The position numbers and the translations under genes are program-made. From a virus (taxonomy: Duplodnaviria > Caudoviricetes), in IMG/VR virus record IMGVR_UViG_3300016654_000302, positions 1 to 38,094 of that record: a stretch of DNA of 38,094 nucleotides. One strand, written 5' to 3'. The notes beneath the pieces are model-generated. The model made no database searches. It saw only the letters and a list, made by a program, of their open reading frames with translations, and had not been told where the DNA came from. Within the stretch, counting starts at the first letter, position 1. Each line of letters starts with the position of its first letter. Positions 16,729 through 24,971 of the stretch are shown here, one piece after another.

Positions 16729-17910
16729 GTGACCGCGTTCAGCTTCGGCTCCGATCCGTCGCCCGAGGTCAGCGCCTATCTTCGGCAGAAGGGCGACCGG
16801 CCCGCGTTCCGCTGGAGCGAGGTCTGGGGCGAGGAACACGCCTACGCCTTCACTGTGGCCAAGGCCGTCCAGGCCGAGGTGCTGAAGGCGATCCGCACCA
16901 GCCTGCAGAAGGCCATTGATGAGGGCGTCCCTTACGAGGCCTGGGCGCGCGACCTGAAGCCCGAGCTGCAACGCCTCGGCTGGTGGGGTGTCCAGACCGT
17001 CGCCAATCCCGAGACCGGCGAGCGCGGCCCGGCCGAGCTGGGCTCGCCCCGTCGCCTCGGGATTATCTACCGGTCGAACCTCCGCAGCGCGCGCGCGGCC
17101 GGGCAGTACGAACGATCGCAACGGACCAAGGCCGTCCTGCCGTTCTGGCTCTACGGCCTCGGCCCTTCGGTGAAGCACCGGCCGGAGCATGTCGCCAAGG
17201 AAGGTATGGTCCTGCCGGTCGACGACCCGGTCTGGTCGGTCTGGTTTCCGCCGAACGGGTGGGAGTGCAAATGCTGGGTGCGCCAGATCACGAAATCCGA
17301 GGCGTTGCGCCGGGGCGTGACCCCCAGCTTCGACACGCCGACGACGACCTTCCGCCGGACGCGCGATGACGGTTCAGTGGAGCGCGTCCAGGTCCCGGTC
17401 GGGATAGATCCCGGTTGGGCCTCCAATCCGGGCATGAACCGGGCGAAGACACTGATGACCAATATGGCTGACCGGCTGATCGCCACCGGCGAACCGGCCG
17501 CCCGCGCCCTGATGACCGATGTCTGGGCGGGCTCGACGCCCGAGGCCTTCGCGCGCCTGCCGGGCCGGTTCTTCGCCCCGGCCGCCGTGGCGCCGCGTCG
17601 TCTTCAGGAGACCTTCGCGACCGAGGCCCTGCTGGTCATGATCGGAAGCGACACCCTCCGGGGCAAGCTGGAGAAGCACGGCACGGGATCGCGCGGGTTG
17701 AAGGCGTCGGACATCGGGCGGCTTCAGGCTGTCCTCGATCGCGGCGAGCTGGTCGAGCGGGAGGGGAACCGAGCCGTCTACATCCTGAACGACGGCGACG
17801 GCTGGTATCAGGCGGTGATGAAGGTGTCGGCTTCGGGCGAGTTGATCGTGGCGTCCTTCTACCCGATCGCGGAACGGGCGGCGCGGCGCCGGTCGGCAAG
17901 GGGAGGATGA
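16729..17910 (+). CDS. MuF minor head protein with C-terminal BECR/PBECR-like nuclease domain
   Basis: HAYAFTVAK, RRLGIIYRSN, RPEH, PPNGWECKC, GIDPGWASNPG; ~130-aa extension with KLEKH...DIGRLQAVL...WYQAVMKVSASGELIVASFY. Confidence 0.85.
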   Translation: MTAFSFGSDPSPEVSAYLRQKGDRPAFRWSEVWGEEHAYAFTVAKAVQAEVLKAIRTSLQKAIDEGVPYEAWARDLKPELQRLGWWGVQTVANPETGERGPAELGSPRRLGIIYRSNLRSARAAGQYERSQRTKAVLPFWLYGLGPSVKHRPEHVAKEGMVLPVDDPVWSVWFPPNGWECKCWVRQITKSEALRRGVTPSFDTPTTTFRRTRDDGSVERVQVPVGIDPGWASNPGMNRAKTLMTNMADRLIATGEPAARALMTDVWAGSTPEAFARLPGRFFAPAAVAPRRLQETFATEALLVMIGSDTLRGKLEKHGTGSRGLKASDIGRLQAVLDRGELVEREGNRAVYILNDGDGWYQAVMKVSASGELIVASFYPIAERAARRRSARGG

Positions 17911-17912
17911 CC

Positions 17913-17978
17913 GGGCGGAGGGTCGTCAGCCCCTCACGGCGCGAACGCCGGGAAACGAATGGCTCGCCGCAGTCGCCC
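17913..17978 (+). ncRNA. Candidate structured RNA (multi-stem junction with pseudoknot) directly after the MuF stop
   Basis: GAGGG/CCCTC stem, CGGCG-CGAA-CGCCG hairpin, loop TCGT complementary to ACGA (17955-58), closing GGCG/CGCC or GGGCG/CGCCC. Confidence 0.5.
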
Positions 17979-18107
17979 TTCACATAGCGCATCGGCGGCG
18001 CAAAATCGACCCCCGCAAAAAGCGCCTCAGGAGGGCGGTGGCCATCCCGTCCGGCGCAGTGATACCGAAAACCGGCTTGAGGGCGGCCTTAGCGGCCTCA
18101 AACGGCC

Positions 18108-18755
18108 TTAGGCGGTGTCGCCGCCGTCACCTTCGAGCATCAGGCTGCCATCTTCGTCCTGGGCGATCTGGATCGAATGGAAGTTTCGCAGCAGCTCCGC
18201 GTAGTTCCATCCATCGTTCGCAAACACGAACGGCGGCAGGCCAGCATCCTCACGGAGTTGAGCTGCCAAGTTCCACGCCTCAACGCCAACCCGAGCGGCG
18301 CCGGCCGAATGGATCATAAAATATCGATCCGAGCCAAACCCAGCTGCGTTCGCTGCACCTGATATGAAGCCCTGCACGAGCGGAACGCGTGAACTGAAGT
18401 CCCCGATCTCTGCCGCTCGGACCGCCCCTAGCCTAGTCCAGGTGACGGCGGGCCATTTGGGAAAATCCGGGGTTCGCTTCACGAATTCCGAGTGACGTTG
18501 AGAGTTGTCGGATATGGCACCTGCGCAGTCCTGGGCGTAGGCCTCCAGATGTCGAGCCAAGGCCAAGCTGGTGAATGCCATTTCGCCCTTGGCGGCGATC
18601 TCCGCCGCATCTCGCGCAGCGTTTTCGCCTTCGATCCGGTCCGCCCTTTGGCGTCGATAGATTCGTTCGGCTTGACGCTGTTGCAGCCAGCCGCCCAAGA
18701 AGACGCCGAACAGAGCCAGGACGGCCGGGCCGAGAGCGGTCAGGAAAGGTGTCAT
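18108..18755 (-). CDS. Antisense moron: membrane-anchored hypothetical protein (215 aa)
   Basis: Opposite strand to head genes, visibly more AT-rich; N-terminal TM helix followed by a charged helix. Confidence 0.78.
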   Translation of the reverse strand: MTPFLTALGPAVLALFGVFLGGWLQQRQAERIYRRQRADRIEGENAARDAAEIAAKGEMAFTSLALARHLEAYAQDCAGAISDNSQRHSEFVKRTPDFPKWPAVTWTRLGAVRAAEIGDFSSRVPLVQGFISGAANAAGFGSDRYFMIHSAGAARVGVEAWNLAAQLREDAGLPPFVFANDGWNYAELLRNFHSIQIAQDEDGSLMLEGDGGDTA

Positions 18756-18786
18756 CGTTTCCCGGCGAGGCTCTTAAACTGACTGG

Positions 18787-18808
18787 CCCCGAAGTTCTTC
18801 GGGGTGTG
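18787..18808 (+). promoter_or_regulatory. Late-promoter activator site 2 (before the protease gene)
   Basis: Exact 22-bp copy of 10954-10975. Confidence 0.75.
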
Positions 18809-18839
18809 GCGACCCCTTTGCGCCCCCGATCATGGGGCC

Positions 18840-19868
18840 ATGAAGACCGCCGCGTCCAGCCCCCAAACTGACCTTCGCAACCCGACGCTCGCCGCCGGTG
18901 AAGCCGTCGCGCTGAACGTCGAGGGCGGCTCCGCCCCCGAGTGGATCGAGCTGATCCCGGCGGGCGAGGTCATCACCGGCTTCGACAACCGCAGCTGGAC
19001 CAACCCCGATCCGCAGGCCGTGGTCGACGCGACGCCGGTTGGCGTCCGGCCGCTGGTCATCGACTTCGAACACGCCACCCAGGTGCGCGGCGAACAGGGG
19101 CTGGACGCCCCGGCCGCCGCCTGGGTCGACACCCTTGAGGTCCGCGACGGCGCGATCTGGGGCCGGGTCTCCGACTGGACCGCCCGCGCCCGGCAGATGG
19201 TCGAGGCCAAGGAATACCGGCTGATCAGCCCGGTCTTCGGCTTCACCCCCGACACGCGCCGGATCACGCGCCTGATCTCGGCGGCGCTGACCAACTTCCC
19301 GAACCTGTCCCTGACCGCCCTCAATCGCGAGGACCGGCAGGGGCTTCACCGCGAGCAGGAGACCCCTTTGACACTCGCTGAACGACTGGCCGCCGCCCTC
19401 GGGCTCGCGGCCGCTGCGACTGACGACCAGATCGTCACCGCCGCCACCGAGGCCGTCGCACGCAACCGCGCCGGTCCCGACCTGTCCAGCTTCGCGCCTC
19501 GCGCCGATCTGGACGCCGCCCTGAACCGGGCGACCACGGCCGAGGCCTCGCTCAAGGTTATGCGCGAAGCCGACCAGACCCGCGCCGTCGACGCCGCCAT
19601 CTCGGCCGCCATGGACGCGGGCAAGGTCGTCCCGGCCTCCGAAGAAACCTACCGCGCCCTGTGCCGGGAGGAAGGCGGTCTGGAGCGCTTCAACGCTCTC
19701 GTCGCCACCCTGCCGGTAATCGCCGGGGCCGCCGAGACCCGCGCGGCCAACCGCGTCGAGGAGAAGACCTCGGGCGCCTCGTCCCTGACCGAGGAAGAGC
19801 GGGCGGTCTGCCGTCAGCTCGGCCAATCGGAAGAAAGCTTCGCCAAGGGCAAGGCGGGGGGTAACTGA
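18840..19868 (+). CDS. Mu gpI-like prohead protease / scaffold
   Basis: PEWIELIPAG, IDFEH, APAAAW, WTARA, EYRLISPVF, ALTNFPNL. Confidence 0.92.
   Translation: MKTAASSPQTDLRNPTLAAGEAVALNVEGGSAPEWIELIPAGEVITGFDNRSWTNPDPQAVVDATPVGVRPLVIDFEHATQVRGEQGLDAPAAAWVDTLEVRDGAIWGRVSDWTARARQMVEAKEYRLISPVFGFTPDTRRITRLISAALTNFPNLSLTALNREDRQGLHREQETPLTLAERLAAALGLAAAATDDQIVTAATEAVARNRAGPDLSSFAPRADLDAALNRATTAEASLKVMREADQTRAVDAAISAAMDAGKVVPASEETYRALCREEGGLERFNALVATLPVIAGAAETRAANRVEEKTSGASSLTEEERAVCRQLGQSEESFAKGKAGGN
19368..19868 (+). CDS. Putative in-frame scaffold protein (Mu gpZ equivalent)
   Basis: AGGAGA RBS then in-frame TTG at 19368, right after the protease domain. Confidence 0.55.
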   Translation: MTLAERLAAALGLAAAATDDQIVTAATEAVARNRAGPDLSSFAPRADLDAALNRATTAEASLKVMREADQTRAVDAAISAAMDAGKVVPASEETYRALCREEGGLERFNALVATLPVIAGAAETRAANRVEEKTSGASSLTEEERAVCRQLGQSEESFAKGKAGGN

Positions 19869-19870
19869 CC

Positions 19871-20299
19871 ATGGCGCTCAACCAACCCCGCAAGGTGCAG
19901 GAACGCGCCGGGACCAAGGCCGGTCATCGGATCAAGTCCGACTCCCCGACGATCTGGCAGGGCGCCCTGGTCGCTCTGAAGGCCGGTGAAGCCATCCCGG
20001 CCCGCGAAGGCGTCGGCGCGGACAACGCCGCCAAGGCGGCCGAGGTCGCCACCCACGTCGTCGTCGGCGTCGCCGAGGAGACGAAGACCCCCGCCGATCA
20101 GACCGTGCCGACCAAGGCCACGGTCTTGCTGCTGGACAACAAGTCCGATGACCTCGTCACCCGCAGCGAGATCGGCAAGGCCTGCTACGCCTTCGACGAC
20201 CACACGGTCTCGAAGACCTCCCCCAACAACACCCGCGCCAAGGCTGGAACGGTCATCGACGTCGAAGACGCCGGTGTCTGGGTCCGCGTCGGCTTCTGA
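19871..20299 (+). CDS. Capsid cement/decoration-like protein
   Basis: IWQGALVAL...VVGVAEE...IGKACYAFDDHTVSKT...AGTVIDVEDAGVWV; between protease and major capsid. Confidence 0.72.
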   Translation: MALNQPRKVQERAGTKAGHRIKSDSPTIWQGALVALKAGEAIPAREGVGADNAAKAAEVATHVVVGVAEETKTPADQTVPTKATVLLLDNKSDDLVTRSEIGKACYAFDDHTVSKTSPNNTRAKAGTVIDVEDAGVWVRVGF

Positions 20300-20316
20300 C
20301 CCCGGAGACCTGAAAC

Positions 20317-21195
20317 ATGCTTATCAACGCTGCGTCCCTTGCAGCCCTGGAAACGGGCCTCAGGAACGACTTCACCGAGGGCCTGACGGGTGTCGAACCT
20401 CAATGGTCCAAGGTCGCCACGGAAATCCCGTCGTCGAAGTCCAGCAACACCTACGCCTGGGCGAAGGGCTGGCCGAAGCTGCGCGAGTGGATCGGCGACC
20501 GCGTCATCCACCGCCTGCTGAAGCAGGGCTATGCCATCATCAACCGGGACTTCGAAGGCACGGTCGCTGTCGACCGCAACCATATCGAAGACGATGAGCT
20601 GGGCGTTTACGGCCCCATGTCGCAGCAGCTCGGCCAGTCGGCGACCGAGTGGCCCGACGAGCTGGTTTTCTCGCTGCTTCCGGCGGGCTTCAGCTCCGAA
20701 TGCTACGACGGCCAGAACTTCTTCGACACCGAGCATCCTGTCGGCGACGGCGAAGTCTCCAACATGCAGGCGGGCGCCGGCGAGCCCTGGTACCTGCTGG
20801 ACACTCGCCGCCCGCTGAAGCCGCTGATCTGGCAGCCCCGCAAAAAGCCGCAGTTCGTCTTCCAGGACGACCCCAAGGCTGACAACCTCTTCATGCGCAA
20901 GGAGTACGTCTACGGCGTCGATGCGCGCGGGAACGCCGGTTACGCCTTCTGGCAGCAGGCCTTCGGCTCCAAGGCGGCCTTGACGGCGGAAAACTATGAC
21001 GCGGCCGTCACCGCCATGAAGTCGCAGCGGAACGATGAAGATCGGCCGCTCAACGTCAAGCCGAACATCATCGTGGTCGGTCCCGGCAATGTCGCCGCCG
21101 CCAAGAAGCTGTTCAAGGCCATGCTGGTGAACGGCGGCGATACGAACACGCTCTACGACGACGTCGAAATCGTCGAAAGCCAGTGGGTGGTCTGA
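20317..21195 (+). CDS. Major capsid protein (Mu gpT)
   Basis: LREWIGDR, IEDDELGVY, CYDGQNFFDTEHPV, WYLLDTRRPLKPLIWQ, YGVDARGNAGY. Confidence 0.96.
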   Translation: MLINAASLAALETGLRNDFTEGLTGVEPQWSKVATEIPSSKSSNTYAWAKGWPKLREWIGDRVIHRLLKQGYAIINRDFEGTVAVDRNHIEDDELGVYGPMSQQLGQSATEWPDELVFSLLPAGFSSECYDGQNFFDTEHPVGDGEVSNMQAGAGEPWYLLDTRRPLKPLIWQPRKKPQFVFQDDPKADNLFMRKEYVYGVDARGNAGYAFWQQAFGSKAALTAENYDAAVTAMKSQRNDEDRPLNVKPNIIVVGPGNVAAAKKLFKAMLVNGGDTNTLYDDVEIVESQWVV

Positions 21196-21197
21196 TC

Positions 21198-21653
21198 ATG
21201 GGCCGCGCCAACCCGCAATCGAAGGCGGTGGCTTCGGCCGCCGCCGCAGGCAAGGCGATCGTGTCAGCCAACCCGGCGACGAGCGACGCCGCCGCGACGA
21301 CCATGCCCGACATGGCCGAGGCTCTCGCCCGGCTGGCCGACGACGCCGAGGCCGACCGGTTCAAGGTGCGTCTGACCTCGCGTCGCGCCCCCTACACGCG
21401 GGGCGGGGTGAAGTTCGTCAGCAACCGCCAGCCCGTGCTGGTCGGGCGTGAGGACGTCACCGAGGCCCAGCTGAAGGCGTTGGCCGCCGACGCGGCCATC
21501 ACGATCGAGCTGGTCAACACCGAGACGGGTGCGGCGACGGTGATGCCGTCGCACCTGATCGGCTCGTCCGATCCCGAAGACCAGCGCCAGCTCGCCGAGC
21601 TGATGGTGGCCGTCGCCTCGGGTAAAGCCGAAGCCAAGGGCGGCGACGCCTGA
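21198..21653 (+). CDS. Mu gp35/HI1506-like protein
   Basis: YTRGGVKF...VTEAQLKALAADAAITIE; follows gpT. Confidence 0.65.
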   Translation: MGRANPQSKAVASAAAAGKAIVSANPATSDAAATTMPDMAEALARLADDAEADRFKVRLTSRRAPYTRGGVKFVSNRQPVLVGREDVTEAQLKALAADAAITIELVNTETGAATVMPSHLIGSSDPEDQRQLAELMVAVASGKAEAKGGDA

Positions 21654-22075
21654 TGGACTACTGCGCGCGCGACGATCTCAACTCCGCCTTCAGCGCCGAT
21701 CTGGTCGACCGGCTGGCGATCCGTCCCGGCGACGAGGATGGATCGGAGGCCGTCGCGCGCGCCATCGCCTACGCGGGGGGCGTGATCGACGCCGCCCTGA
21801 GTGTTCGCTTCACCCTGCCGCTGCCGACCGTGCCCGCCCTGCTGCGGGACATCGCCTGTGATCTGGCCGTGCCGCGTCTGGCCTCGGCCGACGTCGCCAT
21901 GCTGACCGACGATCTGAAGCACCGCGAAAAGCAGGCTCGGGCCGACCTGAAGGCGATCTCGGAAGGCACGATGAACCTCGGCCTGCCGACCACCCAGGAG
22001 GGCCAGCGCCCGCAGCCGATCGTCTCGTCCTCGGGCGGCAAGCTCTTCACCCGCGAACGCCTGCGGGGTCTGTGA
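21653..22075 (+). CDS. Head-tail connector (Mu gp36/DUF1320)
   Basis: YCARDDL, IDAALSVRFTLPL..VPALLRDIACDLA, LKAISEG.MNLG. Confidence 0.88.
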   Translation: MDYCARDDLNSAFSADLVDRLAIRPGDEDGSEAVARAIAYAGGVIDAALSVRFTLPLPTVPALLRDIACDLAVPRLASADVAMLTDDLKHREKQARADLKAISEGTMNLGLPTTQEGQRPQPIVSSSGGKLFTRERLRGL

Positions 22076-22533
22076 TGTCGGGCGCCTTCGTTTCCACCGA
22101 CCTTGAAGGTCTGGCGCCCATGGTCGCGCGCCTGAACGCCCTGGGCGACGCCCGGCGCACGGCCGAAGGGCTGGCCAACATCGGCGGCCTCATGGAGAGC
22201 CAGACCCGCGAGCGCTTCGACACCCGCGAAACGCCTGACGGCGACGCCTGGGCGCCGTGGTCGGACGCCTACGCCCTGACCCGCAAACAGGGTCAGACCC
22301 TGCTGGTCGCCAGCGGCGCCTATCGGGACAGCTACGGCTGGGACCTGACCGGCGACAAGCTGCGCGTCGGCTCCAACATGGTGCAGGCCGCCCTGCTGAA
22401 CTGGGGCGGAACCGAGGAGATGGCGCCGGGACCGGCCGCCGTTCCCGCCCGCGAACATCTGGGCCTGTCGGACGCCAACATCCGCGACATCGAAGAGGCG
22501 ATGGGCGACTGGATCGAAGGGCTGATGCAATGA
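22075..22533 (+). CDS. Virion morphogenesis protein (Mu gpG / P2 gpS family)
   Basis: TRERFDTRETPDGDAWAP, VGSNMVQAA, VPAREHLGLS. Confidence 0.85.
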   Translation: MSGAFVSTDLEGLAPMVARLNALGDARRTAEGLANIGGLMESQTRERFDTRETPDGDAWAPWSDAYALTRKQGQTLLVASGAYRDSYGWDLTGDKLRVGSNMVQAALLNWGGTEEMAPGPAAVPAREHLGLSDANIRDIEEAMGDWIEGLMQ

Positions 22534-23117
22534 GCCAGCTGCTGCAACTGCGACAGGCCATGATCACCGGGATCAAGGCCGTCCTGCCGACCTTCAACGT
22601 CGAGGGCCACCTGGGCCGCTTCAGCGCGTCGGACCTGTCGCGTTTCCTGCTGGCCGCCCCCGCCGTCCGCGTCGCGGTTCTCGGCCTCGGGCAGGGCGAG
22701 CTGGTCTCCGACGAAGGCTTGCCGACCGCATGGGACGGCGAGGTCAAGATGGCCGTCTATGTGGTGACCAAGGATGTCGCAGGGCGGTTGACCCGCGACG
22801 AGGCCGCCACGGCCGCCGTGGAAGCCATCGTCCTGCGCGCCGCCGGAACGACGTGGGGCCTGCCGTTCGCCCGGCCCGCCCGTCCGGCAGACGGCCAGAA
22901 CCTGTTTTCCGACGAGACCCTGTCCAAGGGCGTCGCCCTGTGGGGCGTCAACGTCCCGCAGCCAGTTCGCCTGTCTCTAACCGAGGGCGCAGCGCCCGGC
23001 CCGCTGACCGCCATGTTCGTCGGCATCGCTCCCGACATCGGCGCGGCCCATCAGGACGACTACATCGGCCCGATCGACGGCGTGACCGTCACCATCATCG
23101 GAGGCGGTGATGAGTGA
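22530..23117 (+). CDS. Tail terminator-like protein (Mu gp37/DUF1834-like)
   Basis: ATG at 22530 (ATGA coupling); HLGRF, APAVRVAVLG, NLFS...KGVALWGV. Confidence 0.72.
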   Translation: MSQLLQLRQAMITGIKAVLPTFNVEGHLGRFSASDLSRFLLAAPAVRVAVLGLGQGELVSDEGLPTAWDGEVKMAVYVVTKDVAGRLTRDEAATAAVEAIVLRAAGTTWGLPFARPARPADGQNLFSDETLSKGVALWGVNVPQPVRLSLTEGAAPGPLTAMFVGIAPDIGAAHQDDYIGPIDGVTVTIIGGGDE

Positions 23118-23718
23118 CGCTTTCGCCCAGGCCGATCAGGCCAACCGTCTGAACGGCGTAGTCCGCTTCGGCGTAATCGCGGCCGTGCAGCCCGGCCCGC
23201 CGACGCTGGCCAGCGTCGAGTTCGAAGAGGGCTGGGTGTCCGACATGCTGCCGGTCATCCAGTGGGGCGCCGGCCGCGTGCGCAGCTGGTCGGCGCCCGT
23301 CGTCGGCGAACAGGTCGCGGTCCTGTCGCCCTCGGGCGAAGCGACCGTGGGCGCGGTCCTGCGCGGCCTGAACTGCGACGTCTTTGCCGAGCCCTCGGCC
23401 GAGGTCGACATGACTGTTCTGGCGTCGTGGGACGACGGCGCGGCCGACACCTACGACGAGGCGACGAAGACCCGCGCCATTGCCATCCCGGCGGGTGGTC
23501 AGCTGATCCTGACGGTCGGCGCGCTGGCGATCCGGATCGAGGATGGCGGCATCACCCTGGACGCGGGCGGCCAGCCCGTCACCGTCGCGGCCGAGACCAT
23601 CGCTCTCGACGGCAAGGTCCGGCTGGGCGGCGAGGGCGGGAAGGCCGTCGCCCGGCATGGCGACAGCGTCGTGGGCGGCAAGATCGTCGCCACAACCACT
23701 CAGGTCGAGGCGGCGTAA
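23110..23718 (+). CDS. Baseplate spike protein (P2 gpV family)
   Basis: AGRVRSWSAPVVGEQVAVLSPSGE, DGAADTYD, VARHGD. Confidence 0.9.
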   Translation: MSDAFAQADQANRLNGVVRFGVIAAVQPGPPTLASVEFEEGWVSDMLPVIQWGAGRVRSWSAPVVGEQVAVLSPSGEATVGAVLRGLNCDVFAEPSAEVDMTVLASWDDGAADTYDEATKTRAIAIPAGGQLILTVGALAIRIEDGGITLDAGGQPVTVAAETIALDGKVRLGGEGGKAVARHGDSVVGGKIVATTTQVEAA

Positions 23719-24077
23719 TGGCGACCTCGATCCGTCTTCTGACCGACTATGTCAGCGTCGACGCCGCGACCGGCGAAGCCCTGTCCGGCTTCGACCATCT
23801 GCTGGCCTCGATCCGCGACATCCTCTCGACCCGGATCGGCTCGCGTCGGATGCGGCCGACCTATGGCTGCCGCTCGGCCGACCGCCTGGGCGCGCCCCTG
23901 AACGCCTCGACCACGGCCGACCTGATCGCCGACGTCGCCGAGGCGATCTTCCAGTGGGAGCCGCGCGTGACCCTGAAGCGGGTGGTGGTCACCGCCGCCT
24001 CGGCCGCCGGGGCGCTGGCCCTCGATCTGATCTGTGAGGTCAACGGCCGCACCGTTCGTCTTGAGGGGGTCGTCTAG
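23718..24077 (+). CDS. Baseplate wedge protein (gpW/gp25 family)
   Basis: HLLASIRDILSTRIGSRRMRPTYGC...WEPRV. Confidence 0.9.
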   Translation: MATSIRLLTDYVSVDAATGEALSGFDHLLASIRDILSTRIGSRRMRPTYGCRSADRLGAPLNASTTADLIADVAEAIFQWEPRVTLKRVVVTAASAAGALALDLICEVNGRTVRLEGVV

Positions 24078-24971
24078 ATGGCGCGCACCACCATCGACCT
24101 GTCGCGTCTGCCCCCGCCCGACGCGGTCCAGGTGGTCGACTATGAGGCCATCTGGGCCGAGGTTAAGGCCGACATCGTGGCGCGGGCTCCGGAGGCCGCC
24201 CCCGCGCTGGAGCTGGAAAGCGACCTCTTCGCCCGCGTCGGGCAGGCCTTCGCCTATCGCGTCATGCTGAAGATGAGCGCGGTCAATCAGGCCGTGCGGG
24301 CCGTCATGCCCGCCCTGGCCACCGGCGGCGATCTCGACCAGATCGGCCTTCGGGCAGGCATCCAGCGGCTTGAACTGGATCCCGGTAATCCGGCCCAGAA
24401 TATCGCCCCGACCTATGAGTCCGACGATGACTTCCGCCGCCGCGTGGTGCTGGCGCCGGAGGGCTTCAGCGTGGCGGGTCCGTCCGGAGCGTATGAGTTC
24501 CACGCCCTGTCTGCGGACGGCGACGTCAAGGACGCCAGCGCCATCAGCCCGGCCGAGAGCGAAGCCGTGGTGACGGTCCTGTCGCGGACCGGCGACGGGG
24601 CGGCCTCACCCGAACTGCTGGCCACGGTCGAGGCGGCCCTGACCCCCGACGACGTCCGCCCGATGTGCGACTTCGTCACCGTCCAGTCGGCGGCCATCAC
24701 GCCCTATGTCATCACGGCGACGATCCGGACCTATGCCGGTCCCGATCCGTCCGTGGTCATGGCCGCCGCCCAGGCCGCCGCCGCCGCCTTCGTCGCGGAC
24801 GCTCACCGCCTCGGCCGGGACATCAACCGGTCGAGCCTCTACGCCGCCCTGACCGTGGAAGGGGTGATGCGCGTCGACCTGACCAGCCCGGCCGCAAACA
24901 TCGTTTGCGACGCCACCCAGGCGGCCTTCTGCACCGCGATCAACCTGACGTCAGGCGGCGTCGATGAGTGA
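24078..24971 (+). CDS. Baseplate J protein
   Basis: IDLSRLPPPD, ESDDDFRRR, SVAGPSGAYEFHALSAD, VRPMCDFVTV. Confidence 0.94.
   Translation: MARTTIDLSRLPPPDAVQVVDYEAIWAEVKADIVARAPEAAPALELESDLFARVGQAFAYRVMLKMSAVNQAVRAVMPALATGGDLDQIGLRAGIQRLELDPGNPAQNIAPTYESDDDFRRRVVLAPEGFSVAGPSGAYEFHALSADGDVKDASAISPAESEAVVTVLSRTGDGAASPELLATVEAALTPDDVRPMCDFVTVQSAAITPYVITATIRTYAGPDPSVVMAAAQAAAAAFVADAHRLGRDINRSSLYAALTVEGVMRVDLTSPAANIVCDATQAAFCTAINLTSGGVDE

Noticed and set aside
17913-17978. Element as a rho-independent terminator or a known self-cleaving ribozyme
   Set aside because: No U-tract after a single stem; I could not match hammerhead, twister or HDV core nucleotides on either strand
17907-17987. 26-aa ORF (MTGRRVVSPSRR...) ATGA-coupled to the MuF stop, as a possible immunity peptide
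   Set aside because: Very short and Arg/Ser/Pro-rich; the sequence is better explained by RNA pairing. Not fully excluded
17959-18111. 50-aa plus-strand ORF starting right after the 13-bp repeat, with its stop overlapping the moron stop
   Set aside because: Low-complexity, disordered composition and atypical codons; no independent coding evidence
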